The translations under genes were made by a program, and so were the position numbers. From Deltaproteobacteria bacterium (lineage in GTDB: Bacteria > Myxococcota_A > Polyangia > JACPQR01), in NCBI GenBank assembly GCA_016190375.1, contig JACPQR010000184.1, forward strand, positions 1,370-65,369: DNA of 64,000 nucleotides, read 5' to 3'. How positions within the stretch are numbered: position 1 is the stretch's first letter; each line of letters starts with the position of its first letter. Of this stretch, positions 49,613 to 58,683 are shown one piece after another. The notes beneath the pieces were generated by a model, which did no database searches, was not told the origin of the DNA, and saw nothing but the letters and a program-made list of their open reading frames with translations.

Positions 49613-50749
49613 CTAGGACTTCCGCGCGACGACGAAGGTCGTCTGGCCGCCCAGACACGGCACGATCTCGATCCGCTCGTATCCGATCCCGCGCAGCAGC
49701 CGGCGCATCTCGGCCTCCGTGCGGGCGGGCGCGGTGGGGCTCGCACCGAGATCCAGAACGGCCTCCATCGCACGTCCCAGCGGGGTCGGGCCGGCGTCCG
49801 TGTGCAAGGTCTCCCACAGGATCGCGACTCCCCCCGGGCGCAGGACGCCGAAGGCCTTGCGCGCGAACGCCTCGCCGAGATGACGGTCGGGCTCGAGGAT
49901 CATCTTCTTCGTGAGAAACACGAGGTCGAACGCCTCGCCTCCCCAGCGATCCTGCGTCGGATCGCCGCCGTGCGAGTGAATGCCGTCGATGCGCGAGGCC
50001 GGGACGTTGTACTCCACGAGCAGTCGCGGCACCTCGCGCACCAGATGCTCGAGGCAGCCGATCGTCAGCCGCGCGCCAGGGAAGCGTGAGAGGAGCTCGG
50101 CACCGAAGCTGACGCCCATCGATCCTACGACGGCCGTCCGCACGGCGGGCAGCTCGATCTGGTGAAACAGGTCTCGCGCCGCCCAGCGGAGGTAGGAGTT
50201 GACGGCCTCGAGGAACGCCTTGTATTTCCCGTCCTCGGAGAAGATGTCGAGGGCTCGTGGAGAGCGGCCGGTCCTCAGCCCCTCCGCCAGCTCTCCGAAG
50301 GCACTTGCCTGGGCGGTCATCAAGTCGAGCATCGACGAGAGCGAGAAGGGGCTCGACCGAGCGAGGTACGAGCTGCCGAACTCCGAGAGCGTCCAGTCGT
50401 CGCCCTCGCGCCCGACTGCCCCGAGGCTCTCGAGGATCCTGAGGAGCGACTCGGCTGCTCGCGGGTGGAGACCGCACAGCTCGGCGACGTCCGGGATCGA
50501 CCTCGCACCTCCCAGGAGCGACTCGAATACGCCCGTCTCGTGGCCGACGAGGATCGCCGTCGCGAAGCGATGATAGAAGAGCGATCGCTGGAGCCGGCCG
50601 TAGGCACCGCGGTGTCGCCACTGGCGCATGAGCGAGACGGGATCCGAGAACGCGCCGACGGACCAGAGGGTCCTCGCACGCTGAGCCAGCCGCCGCACGC
50701 GCCGGGGCAAGAGCATCGTCAGCGCCCGCGCCGGGCTCGCCGTGGCCAT
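49613..50749 (-). CDS. O-methyltransferase-like protein (dimerisation domain plus Rossmann fold); SAM motif degenerate
   Basis: GVFESL...LLRILESLG; LRPGG; motif I reads VVGSMGVSFG. Confidence 0.7.
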   Translation of the reverse strand: MATASPARALTMLLPRRVRRLAQRARTLWSVGAFSDPVSLMRQWRHRGAYGRLQRSLFYHRFATAILVGHETGVFESLLGGARSIPDVAELCGLHPRAAESLLRILESLGAVGREGDDWTLSEFGSSYLARSSPFSLSSMLDLMTAQASAFGELAEGLRTGRSPRALDIFSEDGKYKAFLEAVNSYLRWAARDLFHQIELPAVRTAVVGSMGVSFGAELLSRFPGARLTIGCLEHLVREVPRLLVEYNVPASRIDGIHSHGGDPTQDRWGGEAFDLVFLTKKMILEPDRHLGEAFARKAFGVLRPGGVAILWETLHTDAGPTPLGRAMEAVLDLGASPTAPARTEAEMRRLLRGIGYERIEIVPCLGGQTTFVVARKS

Positions 50750-50882
50750 GACGAATTGTCGCCGAAGCACGTGCTCGCGTGAAGCACGATGCTCGGCCAC
50801 TGAACTGGCGAGTTTTGCGCTTGCGCTCGCTGAGCCGACTCGGCTAGCGTGCCCGCCCCGGGTGCACCAAGAAGGGGACTAC

Positions 50883-51467
50883 ATGAACAAACCGTCGAGA
50901 ACGCTTCGCACAAACCTCTTTCTGATCGTGGTAGCGCTCGCCTACGCGGGGTGCGCCGCCACGGTCGTCCTGCACGAGAACGAGCCGGTCACGGTCGCCG
51001 CTCGCCGGCCTGCGCCGCCGCCTCCGCCGCCGGCGGAGCCGCCTCCGCCTCCGCCCGTCGTCCAGGTCGAGCAGAACCGGATCCGTGTGGACGAGAAGAT
51101 CCAGTTCGAGTTCAACAGCTCGGTGATCAGCGGGGTGTCCCACGGCCTGCTCGATCAGATCGCGCAGGTGATCAACGAGCACCCCGAGGTCGGCGCCATC
51201 CGAGTGGAGGGCCACACGGACAACGTCGGCGCGGCGACCTACAACCGTCGCCTCTCGCAGAAGCGCGCCGAGGCGGTCGTCGCCTACCTGGTCTCGAAGG
51301 GCGTTTCCGCCGACCGGCTCAGGTCGCAGGGATTCGGGCTCGACAGGCCGGTCGCCCCCAACGCGGACGAGGCCGGTCGCGCGCAGAACAGGCGCGTGGA
51401 GTTCAACTTCGTCAATCCACCAGCCGAGGGCCAGGCGCCCCAGGCGCAGGCGGGAGGTGCGCAATGA
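50883..51467 (+). CDS. OmpA/MotB-family peptidoglycan-binding lipoprotein
   Basis: VEGHTD, LSQKRAEAV, QNRRVEF. Confidence 0.9.
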   Translation: MNKPSRTLRTNLFLIVVALAYAGCAATVVLHENEPVTVAARRPAPPPPPPAEPPPPPPVVQVEQNRIRVDEKIQFEFNSSVISGVSHGLLDQIAQVINEHPEVGAIRVEGHTDNVGAATYNRRLSQKRAEAVVAYLVSKGVSADRLRSQGFGLDRPVAPNADEAGRAQNRRVEFNFVNPPAEGQAPQAQAGGAQ

Positions 51468-51892
51468 GGACCTTGGGTTCGCTCCTGCTCGCGGTGGCGA
51501 GCTCGATGATCGTGGGTTGCGGTATCGGCGACGCCCAGAACCACCTCAGGACCGCCGTGGACGAGAAGCGCGAGGAGCTCAACCGCTGCTACGGAGAGAC
51601 GTTGGCCCGCGACGCCAGCGCCGCCGGTCAGATGCAGCTCTGGGTCCACGTCGAGTCGGATCGCGGACAGGTCGACGCCGTCGAGGTCCAGCGCAGCGAC
51701 ATCCAGGACGAAGGGCTCGGGTCCTGCGTGACGACGACCCTGCAGTCCATCCAGCTCCCCGAGGCTCCCTCGGCCGCCCTGCGCGTCGAGTACACGCTGC
51801 TCTTCCAGCCCGAGGGCGATGCTCCGCCTCCGCCGGCCGTTCCTGTCTCCTCGCCGCCGGCCCCACCGCCCCCTCCCGCCGTCGGCATGTAG
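51464..51892 (+). CDS. AgmX/PglI C-terminal-like lipoprotein
   Basis: IVGC lipobox; LNRCY..LARD...G...CV. Confidence 0.6.
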   Translation: MRTLGSLLLAVASSMIVGCGIGDAQNHLRTAVDEKREELNRCYGETLARDASAAGQMQLWVHVESDRGQVDAVEVQRSDIQDEGLGSCVTTTLQSIQLPEAPSAALRVEYTLLFQPEGDAPPPPAVPVSSPPAPPPPPAVGM

Positions 51893-52008
51893 AGATCCGC
51901 CGCCTCGACCCCCGCGCGATCGCCCTCTGAACATCCGTCGAGCTATCGCCTCGGGGACCGACGGACGCTAGCATGGCGTAGGCAACGCCGCGGCTGGCCG
52001 ACACCGTC

Positions 52009-53235
52009 ATGCGCTCCATCGTCCCGATCGCAGCCATCGTCGTTGCCTGTGTGCCACTCGAGGTCCTCGCCGACGGCGGAGGGCTTCGAGTCGAGCCACT
52101 CCAGATCGAGCACGCTCAGGCGCTCGATCGCTTCCACGCGGAGCTCGAGGCCCTCGCCGACGGCAGGCGCAAGGAGCCGGTGCGGATCGTCGTCTACGGC
52201 GACTCGAACCTCGCGGCGGACCGCCTGACGGGGGCGCTGCGAAGGCTCCTGCAGGGCCGCCATGGGGACGCGGGCCACGGCTTCGTCGCGTTCGGCGAGC
52301 CATGGCCGGGCTACCGCCACCAGGACGTGCGGCGAGGGTGGTCGGGATCTTTCGAGATGTACAACCCGACCACGCGGCGCGGCCGCGACCATCGCTGGGG
52401 CTACGGCGGGGTCGCCGTCGAGAGCGTGGGCCCCGGCACGGTCTGGGTCGGCACGTCGCGGGACGGAGGCGTCGGCGGGGCGGTCGAGCGCTTCACCATC
52501 CTGTACCTGTCACGCCCTCGCGGCGGTTCGGTCGACGTCGAGCTGGACGGACAGCCGGCGGGCTCCTTCTCGACCGCCGGCGAGCGCGCGACGACCGGCT
52601 CCTTCCGGATGCAGGTCGTCGACGGTCCCCACGAGCTCCGCCTCCGGGCGCACGCGGGCGTACGACTGTTCGGAGCCATCCTCGAGCGGCACCGACCGGG
52701 AATCGTGGTCGACTCGATCGGAATCGGCGCGCTGTCGACCTACAACCTGCTGATCCTCGACCGTGCCTTCTTCGTCGAGCAGCTCGCGCTGCGCCGGCCC
52801 GACCTGGTCGTCCTGACCATGGGGACCAACGACCAGAACCCGCGCAGGCTCGTCGCGCAGCGGGGCGAGCTCGTCGACCGGATCCGCGAGGCCGCGCCCG
52901 ACGCCTCCATCCTGATGTGCTCACCGCCCGACCACGCCCGCTGGCATCCGCGCGAGGCGGCCTGGCGATCGGAGCCTCGGATGGCGAGCATCAGCCGCGC
53001 CCTGAGGCCGATTGCCGCCCAGAACCGCGCCGCCTTCTGGGACCTCTTCAACGCGATGGGCGGGCCGGGCTCCGTCTCGCGCTGGACAGCCATAGGCTTC
53101 GTCGCGGGCGATCGGATCCATCTCCGACAGCCACTCGCGGACCGGATGGCCGCCGCGCTGGTCGAGGCCCTCGACCATGATCGCGACCGCTGGCGCCGCG
53201 AGCGTGCGAGCAGCCGCGAGCTGGCGCTACGGTGA
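52009..53235 (+). CDS. SGNH/GDSL hydrolase (O-acetyl transferase/esterase-like)
   Basis: YGDSN, GTND, DRIH. Confidence 0.82.
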   Translation: MRSIVPIAAIVVACVPLEVLADGGGLRVEPLQIEHAQALDRFHAELEALADGRRKEPVRIVVYGDSNLAADRLTGALRRLLQGRHGDAGHGFVAFGEPWPGYRHQDVRRGWSGSFEMYNPTTRRGRDHRWGYGGVAVESVGPGTVWVGTSRDGGVGGAVERFTILYLSRPRGGSVDVELDGQPAGSFSTAGERATTGSFRMQVVDGPHELRLRAHAGVRLFGAILERHRPGIVVDSIGIGALSTYNLLILDRAFFVEQLALRRPDLVVLTMGTNDQNPRRLVAQRGELVDRIREAAPDASILMCSPPDHARWHPREAAWRSEPRMASISRALRPIAAQNRAAFWDLFNAMGGPGSVSRWTAIGFVAGDRIHLRQPLADRMAAALVEALDHDRDRWRRERASSRELALR

Positions 53236-54438
53236 GTCGATCGGCGCAAGGAGCTCGCTGGCGAGCGCACCGGCGAGAACGTCGTAGCCGCGACCAGACA
53301 GGTGCACGCCGTCCCGCAGCGTGAAGCGTGGCCGGGGCACCATCCAGCGGGCCATCGATCCGGGGCCGCCCATCGCGGCCCGCTGATCCCAGAAGGCGCA
53401 CCCGGCATCCACCGCGGCTCCCCGCTGGCGCTCGATCACCTCGTCCAGCGAGGCGTTCCACACACCGTCGGTCGACCGGTAGCGTCGATCGATCGGCCCC
53501 AGCACGAGGCACGAGGCGCGCGGGGCTCCGGTGCGGATCCTGGTCAAGAGCCGCGCCAGGCTCGCACGGTACGTCGACAGGTCCATCGCCTCCCAGCGAA
53601 CGTCGTTCGTTCCGAACGCGAAGACGACGAGGTCGTGAGCCCGACGGCACAGGTGCTCGGCCAGAAGCGTCGGATCCGAGCTCGAGAGATGAAGCGCTGC
53701 CAGCGCGGGAACGCCGAGCGAATCCACCACGACCCCCGGTCCGGACCGCTCGAGGACCGCGCCGTAGACCGCCGTCGGCCCGGGCCCCATCGACTCGATC
53801 TCGAGGCGGTGCCTCCCGTCAGGCGCCTCGACCACGCGATAGGCCGCCTGGTGGGACGGCGAGGACGTTTCGAGCGTCGCGACCCGCTGCCCGTCCAGCC
53901 GCAGTTCCAGCGCGCCGCCCCCCGGCTCGGTCTCGTAGAAGACCTCGAAGCGCGATACCCGGCGCCCGACCGGCCCGCGGGCTGCGGTTCCGACCCAGGC
54001 GACCGCCCCTTGCGTGGCCGTGCTGACCCCACCTCCGAGGCCGAAGCGGAACGGCTCGTGATCGCGTGGACGCAACCTTCGGGTCGCGAAGCTCGCCGTG
54101 GCGCCGTGCTCGACGTCGAGGTGCCGGTACAGCGGCCATGCGCTTCCCAGCAGGACGAAACCGTGCCCGGCGTCTCCGAGCCTCGCTTGCAGGCGCCGGC
54201 GCAGCGCTCCCGTGAAGAGATCTGCGGCGATGTGCGAGTCGCCCAGGACCGCGACCCGCGCGATGGCCCGCTCTTCGCCCGCGGCCACCCTCCGGAGCGC
54301 TGCCGAGAATCGATCGAGCGCGTGACCGCCCGGGTCCTCGACCGGCACTCGCCGAGCCTCGATCGGAGCCGCGGGCGTCGCGTCGTCCGCCAGTGCCAGG
54401 GCGGGAAGGAGGGCCGCCACCGCGAGACCGGTCCGCAC
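53227..54438 (-). CDS. SGNH/GDSL hydrolase, paralog of the convergent gene
   Basis: LGDSH, GTND, DGVH. Confidence 0.82.
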   Translation of the reverse strand: MRTGLAVAALLPALALADDATPAAPIEARRVPVEDPGGHALDRFSAALRRVAAGEERAIARVAVLGDSHIAADLFTGALRRRLQARLGDAGHGFVLLGSAWPLYRHLDVEHGATASFATRRLRPRDHEPFRFGLGGGVSTATQGAVAWVGTAARGPVGRRVSRFEVFYETEPGGGALELRLDGQRVATLETSSPSHQAAYRVVEAPDGRHRLEIESMGPGPTAVYGAVLERSGPGVVVDSLGVPALAALHLSSSDPTLLAEHLCRRAHDLVVFAFGTNDVRWEAMDLSTYRASLARLLTRIRTGAPRASCLVLGPIDRRYRSTDGVWNASLDEVIERQRGAAVDAGCAFWDQRAAMGGPGSMARWMVPRPRFTLRDGVHLSGRGYDVLAGALASELLAPIDSP

Positions 54439-54485
54439 GAGATCATTGTGAGCGAACGCGGGCGCCCGCGCCAATTCCCGTCGCT

Positions 54486-56021
54486 TCAGATCTTGACGAA
54501 GAGATCGCGGACCGAGTCGGCCGTCAGGCGCGACACCGTCGTCACCTCGTCGCAGAAGCGACCGAGGACGGCGAGCGCCTCGTCCCGGGGCGAGCGTCCC
54601 ACGTCGACCCAGACGCCGTAGACCCGGAAGGCCAGACGCCGCCTGGCGCTGCTCAGCTCCTCGAGGACGTTTTCGGGGACGTCCGCCTCGCCGTCGGTGA
54701 TGAAGACGACGTCCCCGAGGCTGTAGGTGGACTCGGCCAGGGCCTCGATCGCCTTTCGGAGCGGGGGGACGAAGCTCGTCCCGCCCCCCGGGAAGTGCTC
54801 CGCGAGCCGGACGACCTCGCCGAGGTCCGCCGTCGGACGCGTTCTACGCGCGCGGGGGATGACGTCGAAGGTCCGGGTCGCCCTCTCGCCATCGGAGAAC
54901 GAGATGACGCGGCAGGCCCGATGCTGGCGCCTGGCGATGTCACAGAGCGCGAGCGTCACCGCCTTCGCCCAGAGATCGCGATCGCCCTGCATCGAGCCCG
55001 ATCCGTCGAGGCAGACGACCAGCGGGCCCTTGCCGCGGTCATCCGGACCGTCCAGGCGATACACCTGCATGCGCCCCTCGAGCGCGCGATGGCGCAGCGC
55101 CCGGCCGAGCAGGGGATGGCGAAGCGAGACCAGCTCCGCGGGCAGGATCCGCGCCCAGTCGTCGCCGAGCGTCACGTCGTGCGTCTCGTGGGGGCGCCGC
55201 GCGACCCGCCGGCGGCGCTCGCGGCGCGCGTAGTCTCGGAACGACCCCGCGAGCAGGGCGAGCCTGCGCAGCGTCTCGCTCTGGCCGATCCTGTCGCCGA
55301 GCTCCAGCCGTTCGGCCGCGCCGACCCGTGCGGTCGCACCCACGCCCCGTCCCCAGGCCTCCGCCTCGTCCTCGGCACGGTCCATCCTGTCTGGCAGGTT
55401 CTGGACGGCCTCGCGGATCCGCCCGCACGCCGACGCGGGCAGCTCCGACTTGACCTGCCGGCCGCGATCTTCGAGCTCCTGACGGCGCTCGCAGATGCTC
55501 TCGGCGAGCTGGTCGAGCTTGCGCCGCGCGTCGTCTCCCAGGCACGGCGCGAGCGCCTCGGTCTCGGCCAGCGCCGTCTGCTCACGATCGAGGACCCCTT
55601 CGTCGTGCGCCAGCGCCGCCGTCTGGGCGAGCTCGTCGGCGGTCGTGACCTCGTCGTCCCTGAGGAGCTCGAGCGCGAGCCGTCCGAGCACGTTCACCCC
55701 GCAGGCGGCGCGCGCCGCATCGAGGAGCGTCGCCTCGCGGAGCGCCGCGTAGCCCGGCGATTCGAGGACGGCCTGGAGAACGACGCGGCCGAGCGACGTG
55801 GAGCCCGGGCACACCGATTCGGGCCGCAGGACCACGTTGTACTTGTAGAGCGCGGAGTACAGGTCCTGGCAGAGCGCGGGGAAGTGAGGGTACAGGCGCG
55901 ATCCACGCGCCTCGACGGACTGCAGGCCACGCGAGCGCGACTGCAGCGCCGCCCAGGACTCACGGTCGATCGAGTCACACTCGATCAAGGAACCAGACAG
56001 GGGCTCCGTCGCGGTCTTCAC
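54486..56021 (-). CDS. VWA-domain protein, ViaA-like
   Basis: MIDAS DGSGSM, GGTSF, ITDG; GTGA overlap with the AAA gene. Confidence 0.85.
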   Translation of the reverse strand: MKTATEPLSGSLIECDSIDRESWAALQSRSRGLQSVEARGSRLYPHFPALCQDLYSALYKYNVVLRPESVCPGSTSLGRVVLQAVLESPGYAALREATLLDAARAACGVNVLGRLALELLRDDEVTTADELAQTAALAHDEGVLDREQTALAETEALAPCLGDDARRKLDQLAESICERRQELEDRGRQVKSELPASACGRIREAVQNLPDRMDRAEDEAEAWGRGVGATARVGAAERLELGDRIGQSETLRRLALLAGSFRDYARRERRRRVARRPHETHDVTLGDDWARILPAELVSLRHPLLGRALRHRALEGRMQVYRLDGPDDRGKGPLVVCLDGSGSMQGDRDLWAKAVTLALCDIARRQHRACRVISFSDGERATRTFDVIPRARRTRPTADLGEVVRLAEHFPGGGTSFVPPLRKAIEALAESTYSLGDVVFITDGEADVPENVLEELSSARRRLAFRVYGVWVDVGRSPRDEALAVLGRFCDEVTTVSRLTADSVRDLFVKI

Positions 56022-57157
56022 TGCCTCTCGGCGCCCAGGCCGTCGGCGAGGATGGCCGAACGGATCTCCTCGAGCTCGCGCACGGCGGCCTCGACGGGCT
56101 CCGCGTCGAGCCCCTTCTCGCCGACGCGCGCCCTGAGCGCCTGTGCGCGATGGAGGAGGTCGGCCACCTTCTTGTGCGCCTCGACCGCCGCGCGCGTCGC
56201 GGCCTCCTCGTCGGGCCAGTCGCGCCTGACCCACGCGAGCACCTCCCGCGCCTGGAACACGAGGCGCTGCGCCTCGGTCGCGTGCCCGCGGGTCAAGGCC
56301 GCGATGGACGCCTCCACCTCGGGGATCTCGCCGGGCTCGGTCCACAGGATGTGCGACAGGAGCGCCGCGTCCTCGCTCGCGACCGCGGTCCGGCCGTGCA
56401 AGAGGGCATGGGCCCTGAGAACGGCGAGCGATCCACGGTAGCGGCGGTCCGATGCGATCACGCCGCGGCCGCCGAGGTCCCGCCGCAGCGCCGCCAGATC
56501 GTTCAGGAACGAGTCCGGGACGCGGACGCGAGCCGCCCGCGCCGCGAGATCGTCGAGCTCGGAGATCGTCAGCGTCGTTCGCCGCGAGGGCTGCTCGAGC
56601 GTCAGCATCTTGAGGAACCGGAAGTCCTCCTGGATGTAGTCGACGACGAACCGGACGAGGAAGCGATCGTAGAGCGCCGCCAGGTCCTCCTCCTCCTCGG
56701 GGACCTCGTTCGTGGCGCCGACGAGGCACCTCAGCGGCACCGGGTCGGCCCGGCCCGCGTTGTGGAAGCGTCGTTCGTTCAGGATCGTGAGGAGCGCGTT
56801 CAGGATCGCGCTCGACGCCTTGAAGACCTCGTCGAGGAACGCGATGTGGGCCTCGGGGAGCTTGCCGGTGGTGACCCTGCGGTACTCGTCGCGCTCGAGG
56901 CCCTGCAGGGAGATCGCGCCGAAGACCTCCTCGGGCGTCGTGAACTTCGTCAAGAGCCAGGAGAAGTAGACGCCGCCTTCGATCCGGCGGCACACCTCCT
57001 CGGCCAGCATCGACTTGGCCGTTCCAGGCGGGCCGGCCAGAAGGACGTGCTCGCCCGCGACGAGCGCGGCGAGCACTCCGTCCACGACGACCTCGCGCTC
57101 GAGGAAGATCTGGCGCAGCTCGGAGCGGATGGTGCGAAGCTTCTCGATTGCATCCAC
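56018..57157 (-). CDS. MoxR family AAA+ ATPase, RavA-like
   Basis: GPPGTAKS, TKFTTPEEVFG, FLDEVFKA, ALYDRFL. Confidence 0.9.
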   Translation of the reverse strand: MDAIEKLRTIRSELRQIFLEREVVVDGVLAALVAGEHVLLAGPPGTAKSMLAEEVCRRIEGGVYFSWLLTKFTTPEEVFGAISLQGLERDEYRRVTTGKLPEAHIAFLDEVFKASSAILNALLTILNERRFHNAGRADPVPLRCLVGATNEVPEEEEDLAALYDRFLVRFVVDYIQEDFRFLKMLTLEQPSRRTTLTISELDDLAARAARVRVPDSFLNDLAALRRDLGGRGVIASDRRYRGSLAVLRAHALLHGRTAVASEDAALLSHILWTEPGEIPEVEASIAALTRGHATEAQRLVFQAREVLAWVRRDWPDEEAATRAAVEAHKKVADLLHRAQALRARVGEKGLDAEPVEAAVRELEEIRSAILADGLGAERQ

Positions 57158-58602
57158 GGCGATGCGGAGTGTAGCACCGCGGAGTCGGCGTGCACCGACG
57201 CGCCACAGGTTCGGAAGAGCGTCAGTCCCCTTCGCGGCGGAAACACGTGCGGGTCGCTGCGGAAGGTCGCGACGAGCTCGAAGCAGTGGCGCGTACGCCG
57301 CTTGCCTCGCAGGTCGGACGTGAACAGGACCGGCGTGCGGCCGCCCGTGGCCTCCTCTCTCGCGACGTCGTCGAGCGAGACTGCGCGCCGCGCGTCCACC
57401 GAGGGGCCGTAGACGGCGAAGAGCCGGACGGTGTCCCAACCGTATATGCGCGCACCGGGCCATTCTCGCGCCACGTGCATCGCGAGCGCCGTGTCGGGCG
57501 GCGGCGTCGTCGCCTGAAGGCGAACGAGCGGTAGCGCCGTGAGCACCATGCTCGTCGCGGCCAGCGCGCACCACCGAGGTGCCGAGCCGAGAGCGATGAT
57601 CAGCGCCGCGGCGACCGGGGCGAGGTGACGCGGTCTATCGGGGTTCTGAGCGACGAGCGCCCAGATCAGGTACGGCAGGCAGAAGAGGAGGGCGAGGCGG
57701 GCCGCGCGGTGGCGGAGCGCACCGACCAGCGCGATCACCAGGGCGAGCGTCGTCACGATCCGAAGCGGCGTCACGTCCCCGGGGCCGACCGTGCCCAGCG
57801 TCCAGTCGAAGAGGCCCCAGGCCTGTCGCGCGAGTCTCTGGCCGAGGCCGAGGTAGCCGGCCGCGCCACCCCAGCGGCCGAAATGGCCCTGGGCGAACCG
57901 GCTCCCGATCTCGACGAGACGGAAGGGACCGCCGGCGAGGAGGACGAGCGGAACGAGCCAGGCGCCGACACCGATCCCGAAGCCCACGGCGCTCCGGCGA
58001 TACGAGCACCGTGATGCGAGCACGAAAGAGCCCCACGCGAGCACCGCGGGCGCATAGGAGAGCCTCACTCCCAGCGTGAGGGCGGCGAGGAGGCCCGAGG
58101 TCGCCGGGCGTGTTCTGGCGAGCGCGAACGCGAAGAGGAGCAGGCCCAGCCCCAACCCATCGGAGAGCGGCTTGCCGCCGACGAGCCACAGGCCCGGCGC
58201 CGCGAGGTACAGGAGGGCGGCGCCCCGGCCTCCGAGGCGCCACAGGGCCCACGCAGCGGCCCCGCAGACGATCGCTCCGGGCAAGGTGAGCGCGTCCGCC
58301 GGTCCCGGCCCGGCAAGAGGCGCGAGAAGCCGCGCCAGTCCGACGAAGACGGGATAGCCGGGGAAGTGGGGCTGGTAGCGCTCGAGGTCGAAGTCCTCGA
58401 GCGCCAGGGCGAAGTCCACGCCGTCCCAGCCTTCGAGATGCTCGGCGCGCGCAACCAGGCGCGTCGCCACACCGACGAGGCCGAGCAAGATTCCCCAGCG
58501 GTAGTCGCGCGACTCCCAGCGAGCTGCGCTCGCGGCGGTGAGTGCAGCCCTCAGCGAGACGAGACCCCGTCGAAAAAAAAGAAAAAAGGCCTTGACGACC
58601 AT
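56950..58602 (-). CDS. Polytopic membrane protein, GT-C-fold glycosyltransferase-like (both ends uncertain)
   Basis: First loop WDGVDFALAL...PHFPGYP, ~10 TM segments, RPRHLAP; ORF overlaps the AAA gene by ~200 bp. Confidence 0.6.
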   Translation of the reverse strand: MVVKAFFLFFRRGLVSLRAALTAASAARWESRDYRWGILLGLVGVATRLVARAEHLEGWDGVDFALALEDFDLERYQPHFPGYPVFVGLARLLAPLAGPGPADALTLPGAIVCGAAAWALWRLGGRGAALLYLAAPGLWLVGGKPLSDGLGLGLLLFAFALARTRPATSGLLAALTLGVRLSYAPAVLAWGSFVLASRCSYRRSAVGFGIGVGAWLVPLVLLAGGPFRLVEIGSRFAQGHFGRWGGAAGYLGLGQRLARQAWGLFDWTLGTVGPGDVTPLRIVTTLALVIALVGALRHRAARLALLFCLPYLIWALVAQNPDRPRHLAPVAAALIIALGSAPRWCALAATSMVLTALPLVRLQATTPPPDTALAMHVAREWPGARIYGWDTVRLFAVYGPSVDARRAVSLDDVAREEATGGRTPVLFTSDLRGKRRTRHCFELVATFRSDPHVFPPRRGLTLFRTCGASVHADSAVLHSASPWMQSRSFAPSAPSCARSSSSARSSWTECSPRSSRASTSFWPARLERPSRCWPRRCAAGSKAASTSPGS

Positions 58603-58632
58603 CGCTCGCTCTTGTTATTGAAAATAACGTTC
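58573..58632 (+). promoter_or_regulatory. AT-rich promoter with Fur-family-like box
   Basis: A8-G-A6 tract, TTGACG at 58592, GTTATT-GAA-AATAAC inverted repeat; GTTATTGAAAATAACGTTC matches the E. coli Fur consensus at 12/19. Confidence 0.6.
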
Positions 58633-58683
58633 GATAGCAACTGAGAACGAGACCGACCGAAGCTGGACGAGGCGACCTCGAAA

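Noticed and set aside
54486-57157. MoxR-VWA pair as an anti-phage system
   Set aside because: No nuclease or effector partner or defence-island context; it fits an ordinary RavA/ViaA-like chaperone pair.
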